The notes beneath the pieces are model-generated. The model made no database searches, was not told the DNA's origin, and saw nothing but the letters and a program-made list of their open reading frames with translations. Position numbers and translations under genes: made by a program. From the sequence record OR620964.1: a stretch of DNA of 64,000 bases. The stretch is one strand, 5' to 3'. Shown here piece by piece: positions 44,182 to 53,906 of this stretch (position 1 is the first letter of the stretch; every line of letters begins with the position of its first letter).

Positions 44182-44867
44182 ACATAATCCCCTTCTGGCC
44201 CTAACACTACAACATAGCCGGAGCCTATTCCGACCTCATGCCGCAGAGTCCATATGGTATCTTCTGTTTCTTGCTGGAACACCTTAGCTACAACAGAGTT
44301 CTGACTTACCATAAGTGCATCAATACGCACGTTGATTTGGTCTATGTTCTCTGCATGGATACGGATATCAGCAAGGTTCTGGTTAACACGGGCGTTCATG
44401 TTATTGAACATTGTGAAGAAGCTGTTATTCATCGCAGTACGTACACCATCTACATACGACTTAGGAATAACCTCTGCATTCACATAAGGTGCTGCGTGAG
44501 GAAGTAACGGAGCTTGAAGCTGGCCGCCCTTACCACTGACAATCACCGGCTGAGGTAGGTCGGCAGCGTCCCACGTCTGTACTGTGTTCATCATATCGTC
44601 ATACTCAACTACTTCTTGCCACGTATTTTGGTACGGAGCGGTAGGAGTCTTTGATGTACGTCTATACAGCTTCTTGTAATTGGCGTTTGTGCTATCCGCC
44701 AGCATCCATAAGCCATTAAGTGGGAATAAATGGTCTATGGGTTCATCGAACGAAAGAATAATTAACACGTCAGGGTTCACGCGCAGGATAACATCGTTCG
44801 AGGCAGATAGCCCTTGCTGCATCCCAAGTTCTGTTATTGTATCAAGGTAGTTAGTTAGCTTGCTCAT
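44058..44867 (-). CDS. fibre-related virion protein
   Basis: IPKSYVD, coiled coil, C-terminal W.L.H..G module. Confidence 0.75.
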   Translation of the reverse strand: MSKLTNYLDTITELGMQQGLSASNDVILRVNPDVLIILSFDEPIDHLFPLNGLWMLADSTNANYKKLYRRTSKTPTAPYQNTWQEVVEYDDMMNTVQTWDAADLPQPVIVSGKGGQLQAPLLPHAAPYVNAEVIPKSYVDGVRTAMNNSFFTMFNNMNARVNQNLADIRIHAENIDQINVRIDALMVSQNSVVAKVFQQETEDTIWTLRHEVGIGSGYVVVLGPEGDYVWPDSVNPMAEDPTNVLEVTFSAPVSGLAFLMYVPLVSDPI

Positions 44868-45348
44868 CAGAGTCTCCGAGTTCTGTCACGCCAAGTAAGA
44901 TACGGCTATAATTCTGGTAGGCTTTAGCTATTTGAGATGCTGCCTCTGCTTCGATCTCAATTGTTTTAAACTTGCCACCAGAAGTGCAGAGGATAGTCTG
45001 AGGACAGTACTGGGCGCAACTTAGAGCCATAAGCAATGCTGCACCAAACGTACCACCTATTGTGATATCGATATCAAGTTCGGGCACGTTGAATAGTTGC
45101 TCGATCTCTCCATTATATCGTTGAATTGTTTCCGCATCTAGTTCTTGCACAGGTTGTGCTTCATAGTCTGCCCGCAATTCTATTGTGTGGGTCTCAGGCA
45201 CGAACTCGAATGCCTGCATCCCACCCAATATCCTACCAAATAGTTCTTCACTTACTTCTATGCAGTTATCATCTGTCTGGGCACGAACACGACCCAGGAT
45301 GTTATGTGTGGTTGGACATACGCGAATGAAGTATTGATCCATAATCAA
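44851..45348 (-). CDS. putative tail fibre assembly/chaperone-like protein
   Basis: 165 aa next to fibre genes; CIEVSEELF..ILGG pattern reminiscent of Tfa proteins. Confidence 0.45.
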   Translation of the reverse strand: MIMDQYFIRVCPTTHNILGRVRAQTDDNCIEVSEELFGRILGGMQAFEFVPETHTIELRADYEAQPVQELDAETIQRYNGEIEQLFNVPELDIDITIGGTFGAALLMALSCAQYCPQTILCTSGGKFKTIEIEAEAASQIAKAYQNYSRILLGVTELGDSDEQAN

Positions 45349-46169
45349 TCACCCTCAGCAGTAAAGAAGAAGTCCCAATCGACAACGTTCTGGCCTGTTG
45401 ACTTGAGAGTGAATCCACCTAACAGGAAGTTCTCAGAAGTTGCAGAGCTACCATCAAGGTTATACAACGCATACGTCTTCGCTTGGTTTACACCAGCATT
45501 CAGAAACGTGATGTTAAGCCCAACACAACGGTTAATAAAAGGTGTGTTAAAAATAACATGCACAGTGTCCTGCGTCTTTGGAGCAACTTGACGCCCCATA
45601 TTGATAGTAAAGCCAGTATTCTTATCACGATTGCTGCCTATAAATGCGTTAGGAACAATCTCACCAGTCAGTGGATCAAGAACCTGTGATGCTGCATAGT
45701 CATCTATGATTGCGTCACGGCCAGGTGCACCTGTCGGTCCTGTACTTCCTGTTGGCCCTACGTCTCCAGTGTTACCAGTAGCACCTATTGGACCTGTATC
45801 ACCAGTATTACCTTGACGCCCACGTTCTCCTTTAGGGCCTGGACATCCGATGTCACCGTCGCGTCCATCACGTCCATCAACACCAGCTTTTCCACCAAGT
45901 CCTTGTTGTCCCTGCTTACCCTCACGACCTTTCTTCAACATATCCGCAGTTGGCAGACCATCAGCCGATGCTTGACTACCATCTGTGAATATAAGAGTAA
46001 GTGTACCTGTCGTTGGGTCAAACGTTAGAGAGTTGGCGCCTGGTATACTAGCGGCCTCCTCATATGCCATGAAGCCTACTGAATCAGTAGACGTCTTACC
46101 TAGAACGTTACCAGTAGGAGCAAGTCCCGGCGCTAGCATCCTAGGGTCGATTTTAATCAAACCACTCAT
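45345..46169 (-). CDS. collagen-like virion fibre protein
   Basis: LTFDPTTGTLTL..GLPT then about 25 Gly-X-Y triplets with GCPGP. Confidence 0.85.
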   Translation of the reverse strand: MSGLIKIDPRMLAPGLAPTGNVLGKTSTDSVGFMAYEEAASIPGANSLTFDPTTGTLTLIFTDGSQASADGLPTADMLKKGREGKQGQQGLGGKAGVDGRDGRDGDIGCPGPKGERGRQGNTGDTGPIGATGNTGDVGPTGSTGPTGAPGRDAIIDDYAASQVLDPLTGEIVPNAFIGSNRDKNTGFTINMGRQVAPKTQDTVHVIFNTPFINRCVGLNITFLNAGVNQAKTYALYNLDGSSATSENFLLGGFTLKSTGQNVVDWDFFFTAEGD

Positions 46170-46179
46170 TGTACTTCTC

Positions 46180-46383
46180 CTAGCCAGTTATGGTTATCCA
46201 CTCCGGTTGTCCCTCTTTACCTGCATCTGGGTTCTTGACCTTCGTATTATTGATGGTCATTCGAACCCAGATTAAGCCACCGGTGGAAGACTTAGCTCTC
46301 ACCTTAGTGCCTCCTACAGCTAAATTAGATATCCACTTGCCTGTGCTAGGGTCTTTTATTGCTAATCTTCCGAAAGCAGGCAT
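46180..46383 (-). CDS. small virion-associated protein
   Basis: 67 aa; GRLAIKDPSTGKW resembles the N-terminus of 49307-51313 (ARFRVRNKANNGW). Confidence 0.65.
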   Translation of the reverse strand: MPAFGRLAIKDPSTGKWISNLAVGGTKVRAKSSTGGLIWVRMTINNTKVKNPDAGKEGQPEWITITG

Positions 46384-46394
46384 AATAGATTCCC

Positions 46395-49286
46395 TTACTC
46401 AAGTTCGTACGGTTCCCATGCATAGATAGGTCTACGGTATATCTGGAATACTGATTGGGCACGTGCCGATTCATACGTTGCGCCATTGGTTGTTATTCCA
46501 GTTACGTTGATAGAAGAACCATCATACAAGAATCCAACCCAACCAAGTGAAGTAGCGCCCAATGAAGCATTGTTCCATCCAGCACCAGCAGCATCCCACA
46601 CCCTATTCCAAGCATTGATATGATATGATCCTATCGATCCATCCGAGGCAGAAGCCATTATCATGTACTGATAGTTCTTAGCCAATGGGAAGCTATAGTT
46701 AGCACCTCCAGGCATTGAGGTTCCATTCCTATCGAGAACTAACTGCCATCCTGTTCTATCATCAAGTCCTATTGAATCGAACAGTGGGCGGCGCATGATC
46801 ATCATGATTCCGTTCTGATTTCCACTATTTGCATTTGTTGTACAGAACGCATCTGCAACCAGCGCACGGTTCACCGTAAACGTTGTACTGTTTGAGAAAT
46901 CATGCGTATATAGGTTAGCTCCCCACTTAGGCAAATTAGCTGCTTTTGGTACAAAGAAATGACGTTCTGCCAATTCTAAATCACCATATCTATCGTAGGC
47001 GAACATGATGTATTCATAACCAGCAGCAATCTGAATGTTATGCCCTTGTGAGCCTGCACCACTCCATTTCCAGATAACTTGCCAATCGTTTGTATCACGC
47101 CCAGGTACTGCGCTGGTGAGACCGTAGCGACGTTCATATATCTGCCAGATACGAGAAGATCCAGTGCCTTGGAAATACAGGCTTGCAGGATTATTCTTGT
47201 TGCCAGTAGAGGAACCACAATGGATTAAGTGGTCGATGCCTGCTTGGTTATACATTGTTGCTGTGCCAACGCCTGTAAACATTTCCCAATTCATCATGAA
47301 GTGGGACGTACACATTTCAGGAGGGCCAGAATCATCTGTGGACATAACTAAGTATTCATATCCATCCTTAAATGGATAGTATACAGTCTGTTGCCCTGGT
47401 GATAATGCAACAACACGTACCCAGTCATGGGAAGCAACTATTGGAACAGGCATACAAGGATTCGTTACACTAACAACGGACGAATCTTCATCATACATTG
47501 GTAGCTTCTTGAATCTATGGTCACGGAACAGGATGTCATGGTTAACGCCATACGTCTTACCTGCATCAGGAGAATGAATAACTTTGTAGTATTCAATATG
47601 CGCTGTCTTTGTATTCTCAGCAAGACCTGTGATTTGCATAGACAGACCAGAACTCTGACATCCAGTAGTATAAGGATTACCGAGTCTATCAAAGCTATAG
47701 CCTATATCAAACACTGCATGAGGATCAGAATCAATATCACCGAGATAAGTTTCGTTGATAGCATTACCTTCACCTACGCCAGGGCTACCTAGGACGTTAT
47801 ACGCACCTCTGTACTTAAACGCAGATGAACCATACACACGACGAGAAGCACCAATACGATACATAGCAGCAGGTAGGTTTCCTGCCATACGGTTATACTT
47901 CATTTCATCGTACATCGTACACATGATCCAAACATCGTCACCAAACGAGTTCAAGAAAGCAGCACAGGCATTAGCGTTAGCAATACCCGCAGGGTTACCA
48001 TCTTCTGCCTTTAGATCAAATGATCTTCTATCTCTAAGTAATCTATCTGACTTATTAATCACATAGACAGTAATGCCCCTATCACCATCTCGGTACTGTA
48101 TTCCATTTAGCACTGTATAACTAACTTCATCACTTCCAGCTACTCCGTAGCCAACTACATGGCTGAATATATAGCTTCTATCGCGTAATGATTTATCTGA
48201 ATCGTTCTTCCACGCAACTGAATGCGTACCAGCAGCAAGGAATGCTAGCCAACTATCTGGCTTGTATGGCATGGAAGTAATATCAAACTTAACATTGTAT
48301 CCAGTACCATCGACAACGCAGCAGTTATCCCGAATGATTACTTCTGGATCGAGAACTGTATCATCTACAATATCAACGTTAGCGCAGAAGAAACGTTTCC
48401 ATGCACCAGGCTGGCCACTCATAGAATCAGCAGTACCAGACACATTCGTCAGTCTGTACGTATCGGAGTTTCTATACATCCATTGGATATGTAACTTGAT
48501 TACGTTAGTCCAAGAGATATGATTACCGTACAAGGCGACTTGGCGATTCTTTGAGGCAGCAGTAGCAAGTGTTAGCGCGCCATTTGCAGTGCCTATGCCC
48601 ATGGAGTTAAATATAGAGTTGAAGTTTGTTCCACCTTGACCAGCACCTTTCTGAATAACAACAAAGGACACCCCGTTCTTGATCGCCTGTGTGAGTATCT
48701 GATTAAAGGCAGTAGGCATCGTTTGTGATGCACTAGAAAGCAAGAGGATAACACCTGCCCATTGATGATAGAACTTCTGGTCACCTTGATATCCATACGC
48801 ACCAGAGTTAACTTCTTGCCATGGATGTGCAACAAAGTTAACATCGCGGCGTTTCAGATATTGAACGAATTGACCCCAATGACCATAGTCTGTAGTATTC
48901 GAAACAGATGCTTCATCACTTATAATCAGCCACGTACTGCCATTCGTTATGTTCGCAGCATAGGCAATATTTGTCATTACGTGACGTAACACGCCGATGT
49001 TGTTAAAGTTTGTATTGGAGAAGTTACCTACCCAGCCCTGATTAGGGATAGTAGCTATAGCACCCGGTCGTACAAACTGACCATTCATTAACGTAGAGCC
49101 GTACCCACAAATATAACCTGTAGTATGACCATCAACTACTAGCGATGTGTAGCGACTATCATCAGGTGTGGTTCCTGCGTCTACTTGTTCCTCAGATCCG
49201 TTTCCAACAGACCCAGTATACGCAGTAGTTAATCCCCGCGCAAACAAGCAACTTTGTTTGATCATGATAATCCTTAGAGGCGCCAT
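46395..49286 (-). CDS. large virion protein with ILEI/PANDER-like domain and three C-terminal repeats
   Basis: RGITVYVI..SFD..FLNS...MYDE...YRGAY.VLG (ILEI pattern); three W..V...Y.Y...H...I.RR repeats. Confidence 0.8.
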   Translation of the reverse strand: MAPLRIIMIKQSCLFARGLTTAYTGSVGNGSEEQVDAGTTPDDSRYTSLVVDGHTTGYICGYGSTLMNGQFVRPGAIATIPNQGWVGNFSNTNFNNIGVLRHVMTNIAYAANITNGSTWLIISDEASVSNTTDYGHWGQFVQYLKRRDVNFVAHPWQEVNSGAYGYQGDQKFYHQWAGVILLLSSASQTMPTAFNQILTQAIKNGVSFVVIQKGAGQGGTNFNSIFNSMGIGTANGALTLATAASKNRQVALYGNHISWTNVIKLHIQWMYRNSDTYRLTNVSGTADSMSGQPGAWKRFFCANVDIVDDTVLDPEVIIRDNCCVVDGTGYNVKFDITSMPYKPDSWLAFLAAGTHSVAWKNDSDKSLRDRSYIFSHVVGYGVAGSDEVSYTVLNGIQYRDGDRGITVYVINKSDRLLRDRRSFDLKAEDGNPAGIANANACAAFLNSFGDDVWIMCTMYDEMKYNRMAGNLPAAMYRIGASRRVYGSSAFKYRGAYNVLGSPGVGEGNAINETYLGDIDSDPHAVFDIGYSFDRLGNPYTTGCQSSGLSMQITGLAENTKTAHIEYYKVIHSPDAGKTYGVNHDILFRDHRFKKLPMYDEDSSVVSVTNPCMPVPIVASHDWVRVVALSPGQQTVYYPFKDGYEYLVMSTDDSGPPEMCTSHFMMNWEMFTGVGTATMYNQAGIDHLIHCGSSTGNKNNPASLYFQGTGSSRIWQIYERRYGLTSAVPGRDTNDWQVIWKWSGAGSQGHNIQIAAGYEYIMFAYDRYGDLELAERHFFVPKAANLPKWGANLYTHDFSNSTTFTVNRALVADAFCTTNANSGNQNGIMMIMRRPLFDSIGLDDRTGWQLVLDRNGTSMPGGANYSFPLAKNYQYMIMASASDGSIGSYHINAWNRVWDAAGAGWNNASLGATSLGWVGFLYDGSSINVTGITTNGATYESARAQSVFQIYRRPIYAWEPYELE

Positions 49287-49306
49287 ATTTCAGACGCCTC
49301 TTATAG

Positions 49307-51313
49307 TTATGCAAATTCGATTGCTACGATTGCTAAGTAGTCCAACAAGTTAGCATCGCCTTCATCGCCATCGCCATGCCAGTATATCCAAATTTCCTCA
49401 CCGGCAGGAACAGCAGCAGGGATAACAACGCGCTGCATACCAGCATATAGACCTGTATATATGTCTTGCTGCTTATAACGCTCCCTTAACCACATTGGAT
49501 GCCATGCGTTTGTGCTTTGGTTAGCCATATCAAAGTGCAGTGTCTTAATAGGACGGACAAAGCTATTGTTATATTTAAACCAACCAGAAGTGCTTCCCCA
49601 TACACCTAACGTCCTACCGTCATAAGCACGAAGATTCTCAGGACTCATGCCCGATACGCTACGGCCACCAAGTTGTTGTATCTCATAGCAATACCAAGGT
49701 AAGATATCCATTTCAGGTGGCTGTGCACTACCGCCAGTAATTGTGACGCAGCGATAAGGAACAAGATAATCTGGAATATCAATCTTAGGAGGTTGCACAG
49801 GACAGTACACAAGGTAATGCCAATCACATCCAATAGCTGATGTAACACGCACGGTAATATTAGAACGCAGTACATGCTCTGGGTATTTCCAGAACTCAAG
49901 CGTACCAATGCCATCAACTATCTCAGTGTCTAACAGATTCATTTCACTATCAAACACTTCGAACTTGGCTTCAAAGCTACCACTATCAACTTGAACAAGA
50001 CCTGCACGAATATCTGACTGTGTTCCTAGCGCAAAATTATCTTCCGTTGTTGGATGTCCAGAAGAGAATACGCTATAGCTTTCACACGGATGGCGATACT
50101 CTCGCGCACCACGCTCTGACGGGCAGTAGATTGAATAGTAGTTACTACTTAATGATGCTGCCTGGCCAAAGTCTTTTGCGACAACCCGTATCATAAGGTC
50201 AAAGCATCTTGTATCGCGTGGGTCAAAGTAAAAGTATAGATAACCACGTTCAGTCTGCGCATCCAGTGTTGTTGCTATGCGTCTACCGCTATGGTATACC
50301 TCAACAAAGTCAGGTGTTTCCCATGAAGTAAAATCGAGATACATCCAACCAGGCTCTGTTCCTATATAGTGATAGTATTCAAATGCATTTGAATCTTGAA
50401 TACGTATAGGTACTGGCCATACAGCAGCGTGACATGGAGCAGGAAATACTGGAGTACCAATATAATCAGGATGGATTGTATCAGGGTACGTAATCACGTC
50501 GTATGCTGCTTGATAATCAAGAGGTAGATTGCCTCTGTCAGGCGCAGCAGTTAACCTAGGAGGGAAGCACATTAAGCTCCATTGTCCACCTTGGTCTGTA
50601 CGGACACGTATCATGATACGCATATCATCGGCATCTGGATCAAACTGGAATTTAATACGCGAACGACCACCAACACGGCCGCACGTAGAGGCCATGCGCT
50701 GTCCCATATGATACACGTCTACGCTCATACCTGATGTATGATATGAGGCAAACATGAGTTCAACAAAGCCTTCAACAGCAGGCATTGCATATACAAACTC
50801 AGTTATCATAGCACCACGCCCATGAACAGAAGCGTATGGTACGTTAGGGTTAGCCCATAGTCCTAGTCCAGCACGGGACGCAGTACCTGATGGGTCATAT
50901 GACTCGATTGTCTTTATACCAGGTCTACGAATGCCTCTACCAGTAGGAGGAAGCATATTATTAATCATGCCAAATCCAGTACGTCCAGCATCAGGTAAGT
51001 CGAAGCCAGGTGGATATCCTAATAACTGATCGAACTTAGGGCCACCTGAACCACTACCATTACCGCTGCCCTTAGTCTTAGACGTTGGGCCTCCTCCGCA
51101 CGATCCTGTATTGAGATCCAGACAAGGGTCATCATATGATGGGTCATACTCATCACTAATAGCATGCCAGCGCTTGCCCCACTGATTTCGCACACTAAAC
51201 TTATCGACAAGTAACGGTGCCCAATCACCATCTACAGTACGAACGTACATAGGTGTTGTTGAGCAATCATACCATCCGTTATTGGCTTTATTTCGAACAC
51301 GGAATCGAGCCAT
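49307..51313 (-). CDS. virion structural protein with three internal beta-sandwich repeats
   Basis: VDVYHMGQRMAST..FDP..IMIRV; VEVYHSGRRIATT..FDP..LMIRV; FEVFDS..LLDT..ITVRV. Confidence 0.8.
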   Translation of the reverse strand: MARFRVRNKANNGWYDCSTTPMYVRTVDGDWAPLLVDKFSVRNQWGKRWHAISDEYDPSYDDPCLDLNTGSCGGGPTSKTKGSGNGSGSGGPKFDQLLGYPPGFDLPDAGRTGFGMINNMLPPTGRGIRRPGIKTIESYDPSGTASRAGLGLWANPNVPYASVHGRGAMITEFVYAMPAVEGFVELMFASYHTSGMSVDVYHMGQRMASTCGRVGGRSRIKFQFDPDADDMRIMIRVRTDQGGQWSLMCFPPRLTAAPDRGNLPLDYQAAYDVITYPDTIHPDYIGTPVFPAPCHAAVWPVPIRIQDSNAFEYYHYIGTEPGWMYLDFTSWETPDFVEVYHSGRRIATTLDAQTERGYLYFYFDPRDTRCFDLMIRVVAKDFGQAASLSSNYYSIYCPSERGAREYRHPCESYSVFSSGHPTTEDNFALGTQSDIRAGLVQVDSGSFEAKFEVFDSEMNLLDTEIVDGIGTLEFWKYPEHVLRSNITVRVTSAIGCDWHYLVYCPVQPPKIDIPDYLVPYRCVTITGGSAQPPEMDILPWYCYEIQQLGGRSVSGMSPENLRAYDGRTLGVWGSTSGWFKYNNSFVRPIKTLHFDMANQSTNAWHPMWLRERYKQQDIYTGLYAGMQRVVIPAAVPAGEEIWIYWHGDGDEGDANLLDYLAIVAIEFA

Positions 51314-51323
51314 CTGATATTCC

Positions 51324-51818
51324 TTATGGTCTTATCCACAGTGCGCCTGGGGCTAACTCATTATCTTCTGCTGGGTCATTATCTTGGATAAATACCATAA
51401 GCACGCCTGGAGATCCTGTCTCACCCGTAGGGCCAGTACCTCCTGTCGGGCCTGGAACACCGCGACGTCCAATAGGGCCTTGCTTACCTTGTTTACCATC
51501 AGCGCCACGAGGACCAGGGCAGCCATCACCGCCTCGGTATCCATCCTTACCCATAGCACCATCAAGGCCGTCACGACCTCCATCCCCAGGCAGACCCTGC
51601 TCACCATATCCAATATCATTGATAGTAGGAAGACCAGTGATACTTAGCTTTCCAATGTTTGGGATGTTAATGTTGATCTGACCTGTAGCTCTGTCATACG
51701 AACCATTAAGTGTGGTCGTATCCTCAGGCGCGATCTTAACAGCAAGGCCAGTTTCATCAGACACAATCTGTCCTGTGCCATTGGCCTTAATCATCCCTAG
51801 ATCTACTTTTTCTACCAT
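51324..51818 (-). CDS. collagen-like virion fibre protein
   Basis: YDRATGQI..GLPT, Gly-X-Y run with GCPGP, ends GALWIRP. Confidence 0.85.
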   Translation of the reverse strand: MVEKVDLGMIKANGTGQIVSDETGLAVKIAPEDTTTLNGSYDRATGQININIPNIGKLSITGLPTINDIGYGEQGLPGDGGRDGLDGAMGKDGYRGGDGCPGPRGADGKQGKQGPIGRRGVPGPTGGTGPTGETGSPGVLMVFIQDNDPAEDNELAPGALWIRP

Positions 51819-51831
51819 TATAATATTCCTC

Positions 51832-52464
51832 TTATGGCCAAGTGATGCCTTGATCTTTAGTAGGATCTACCCAAACCGTTCCTTCCGAAACATTACCCGG
51901 GTTTACAGCACTTACAATTATGCGCAGCAATCCAGCAGGTCCCGGAGGGCCGTCTGGTCCCGTTGGTCCAGTAGCACCAGTATGTCCAGTAGGGCCTGTA
52001 CTACCACGTGGGCCTGTGTTACCGGGATTTCCACGTCTACCATCAGGGCCCGGCTCACCTCTTCGTCCGTCAGGCCCAGGCAGACCTTGTCGACCATCCT
52101 TTCCTGCTAGTCCTTGTTGTCCATCAGGGCCATCCGGTCCAGTACAGCCAACAGTACCAGGATTTCCATCACGACCATCACGCCCATCCTTTCCATCAGC
52201 ACCAGTTGCACCAATAGGGCCAGTACGTCCAACAGGTATGTTAGTTGGAGTAGGAAATCCTTTAACTGCAATAGAACTTCCGTTGGCGAACTTAAGCGTC
52301 AGCACACCTGATACTTCATCGTATGAACTTTCGGATGTAATCTCAGACGGGATATCAGATTCAGTACCTGATACTTGCAGAGATCCATTTGTCGCACGTA
52401 TTGGTGAATTGTTTGCTCCCGGTGCGCTGATTAACGTAGACGACACCTTCATTAATCCAGCCAT
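51832..52464 (-). CDS. collagen-like virion fibre protein
   Basis: YDEVSGVL..GFPT, long Gly-X-Y run with GCTGP, ends GTVWVDP. Confidence 0.85.
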   Translation of the reverse strand: MAGLMKVSSTLISAPGANNSPIRATNGSLQVSGTESDIPSEITSESSYDEVSGVLTLKFANGSSIAVKGFPTPTNIPVGRTGPIGATGADGKDGRDGRDGNPGTVGCTGPDGPDGQQGLAGKDGRQGLPGPDGRRGEPGPDGRRGNPGNTGPRGSTGPTGHTGATGPTGPDGPPGPAGLLRIIVSAVNPGNVSEGTVWVDPTKDQGITWP

Positions 52465-53906
52465 TAGTTTTTCTCCGCTTTCGATACTAGGTCAACATTG
52501 TGAACAAGAACATCACCAACAAAGTAGCAGTCATAAGGCTCCACATCTATATCAATAGTATCCACATCACCATCAATCTTCTGTGCTTCATAGATAACAG
52601 CAATAAGACCGTTACGGGATATAGTAGACATTGACCTAGTTACATCACGGGCAGGTAGATATTTCCACTCAGCGTTATCCAATACAAGTATCGGGTGCTC
52701 ATGTGTGAATTTCTGTCCGTTAATCAGGTAGCAATGCGTTTCAGTGCCGAATGTAATAGCTTTTACCGTAGCGTATACAGGACGTCCCTTAAGCGAAGAG
52801 GCTGTCCATCCACGGAAGTCTTTTGGCTGTCTTGAATAGGAGGACAAGCAATCACCGACACGAATATCCTTAGCATCCTTATCACCTATGATGGTCGATA
52901 TAACTGAACCAAACACAATACACCCTTTAGGATTGGCAGATGTAGGATTATATGCAACAATTGATATTGCAGCAGTGGCTTTCTTCGTTGGTCGATTGGC
53001 CTGACCCATATCAGTAACAGTGCAGTAGATATTGCCCTTCAATACTATATTAGCCCCATAACCTAAGCGCTGTGCGTAATGAAGCTCTACGATATTTGAT
53101 GTATCGGCATCGAGCGTCACACCATCAATCTTATCAACTGTCCACTGGTACTTATATGGCCCTATCCCACCACGAACGTTAACAGGTAAGTAAGCATCTG
53201 CGGCAAACAGGTCAGAGTTTGGTGCTATGCGCGTACCTACAGTAGATATAGAACTCACTGAGGCAGATAATGGTACTATGACTGGAAGAGGTGGAGCAGG
53301 AGTCACGTTTGCAGTAGGGAATAACCACATGCCTATACGTCTATCCTCTGGAGTAGTAGCACTAACTACCGCAGTCTCTATAGGCGCAGGCCCTGTTTCG
53401 CCTCGTGCACCAGATATACAGTTAGGACCATCGTTTCCTCTTGGGCCGTCTGGTCCTGTTGGGCCAGTAGGTCCCGTAGCACCATCTGGCCCTGGCTTTC
53501 CTGCATATCCTTGAATACCCTCTTCTCCATCCTCTCCGTCGTCACCATCATCACCATCAATTCCATCAAGCCCACGAGCACCAGGGCGCCCGGCGCAACC
53601 AGCTAGTCCAGTTGATCCATCACGCCCATTGCGCCCATCTTTACCCGGCTGTCCAGTTCCACCTCGTTTACCGGGCAGTCCTTGCCCAAACATTGCTATA
53701 GTTGGAAGTCCACCTATAGTAACGAGTTCGCCGTTCTTGCGAACAATAACGAGTTGTCCTTTCTTTCCGTTGTACTTGACGTCAGCAATGAGTTTATCTT
53801 GCTGTAGATCTGTAGACGCGAAATCCAAACTGCCGCCTGCACCAATAGCTTGCTTACCTTCTTGATTGAGAGTAGTGCTCACTTGGTTCAAACGAAGTGT
53901 TGTCAT
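52464..53906 (-). CDS. collagen-like fibre protein with C-terminal Hint domain
   Basis: YNGKKGQL..GLPT, Gly-X-Y run with GCAG, beta domain, then CIVFGS...VLVHN. Confidence 0.85.
   Translation of the reverse strand: MTTLRLNQVSTTLNQEGKQAIGAGGSLDFASTDLQQDKLIADVKYNGKKGQLVIVRKNGELVTIGGLPTIAMFGQGLPGKRGGTGQPGKDGRNGRDGSTGLAGCAGRPGARGLDGIDGDDGDDGEDGEEGIQGYAGKPGPDGATGPTGPTGPDGPRGNDGPNCISGARGETGPAPIETAVVSATTPEDRRIGMWLFPTANVTPAPPLPVIVPLSASVSSISTVGTRIAPNSDLFAADAYLPVNVRGGIGPYKYQWTVDKIDGVTLDADTSNIVELHYAQRLGYGANIVLKGNIYCTVTDMGQANRPTKKATAAISIVAYNPTSANPKGCIVFGSVISTIIGDKDAKDIRVGDCLSSYSRQPKDFRGWTASSLKGRPVYATVKAITFGTETHCYLINGQKFTHEHPILVLDNAEWKYLPARDVTRSMSTISRNGLIAVIYEAQKIDGDVDTIDIDVEPYDCYFVGDVLVHNVDLVSKAEKN
52497..52922 (-). 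other. Hint (intein-like) autoprocessing domain, 142 aa, no endonuclease
   Basis: G|CIVFGSVI, DIRVGD, FTHEHPI, DIDVEPYDCYFVGDVLVHN|V. Confidence 0.85.

Noticed and set aside
51920-52558. Long + strand ORFs rich in GP/PS repeats (also 51253, 53227, 53629)
   Set aside because: Antisense shadows of the Gly-X-Y collagen codons
52497-52922. Calling the fibre Hint domain a true splicing intein
   Set aside because: The +1 residue is Val, there is no endonuclease and the C-extein is only 10 aa
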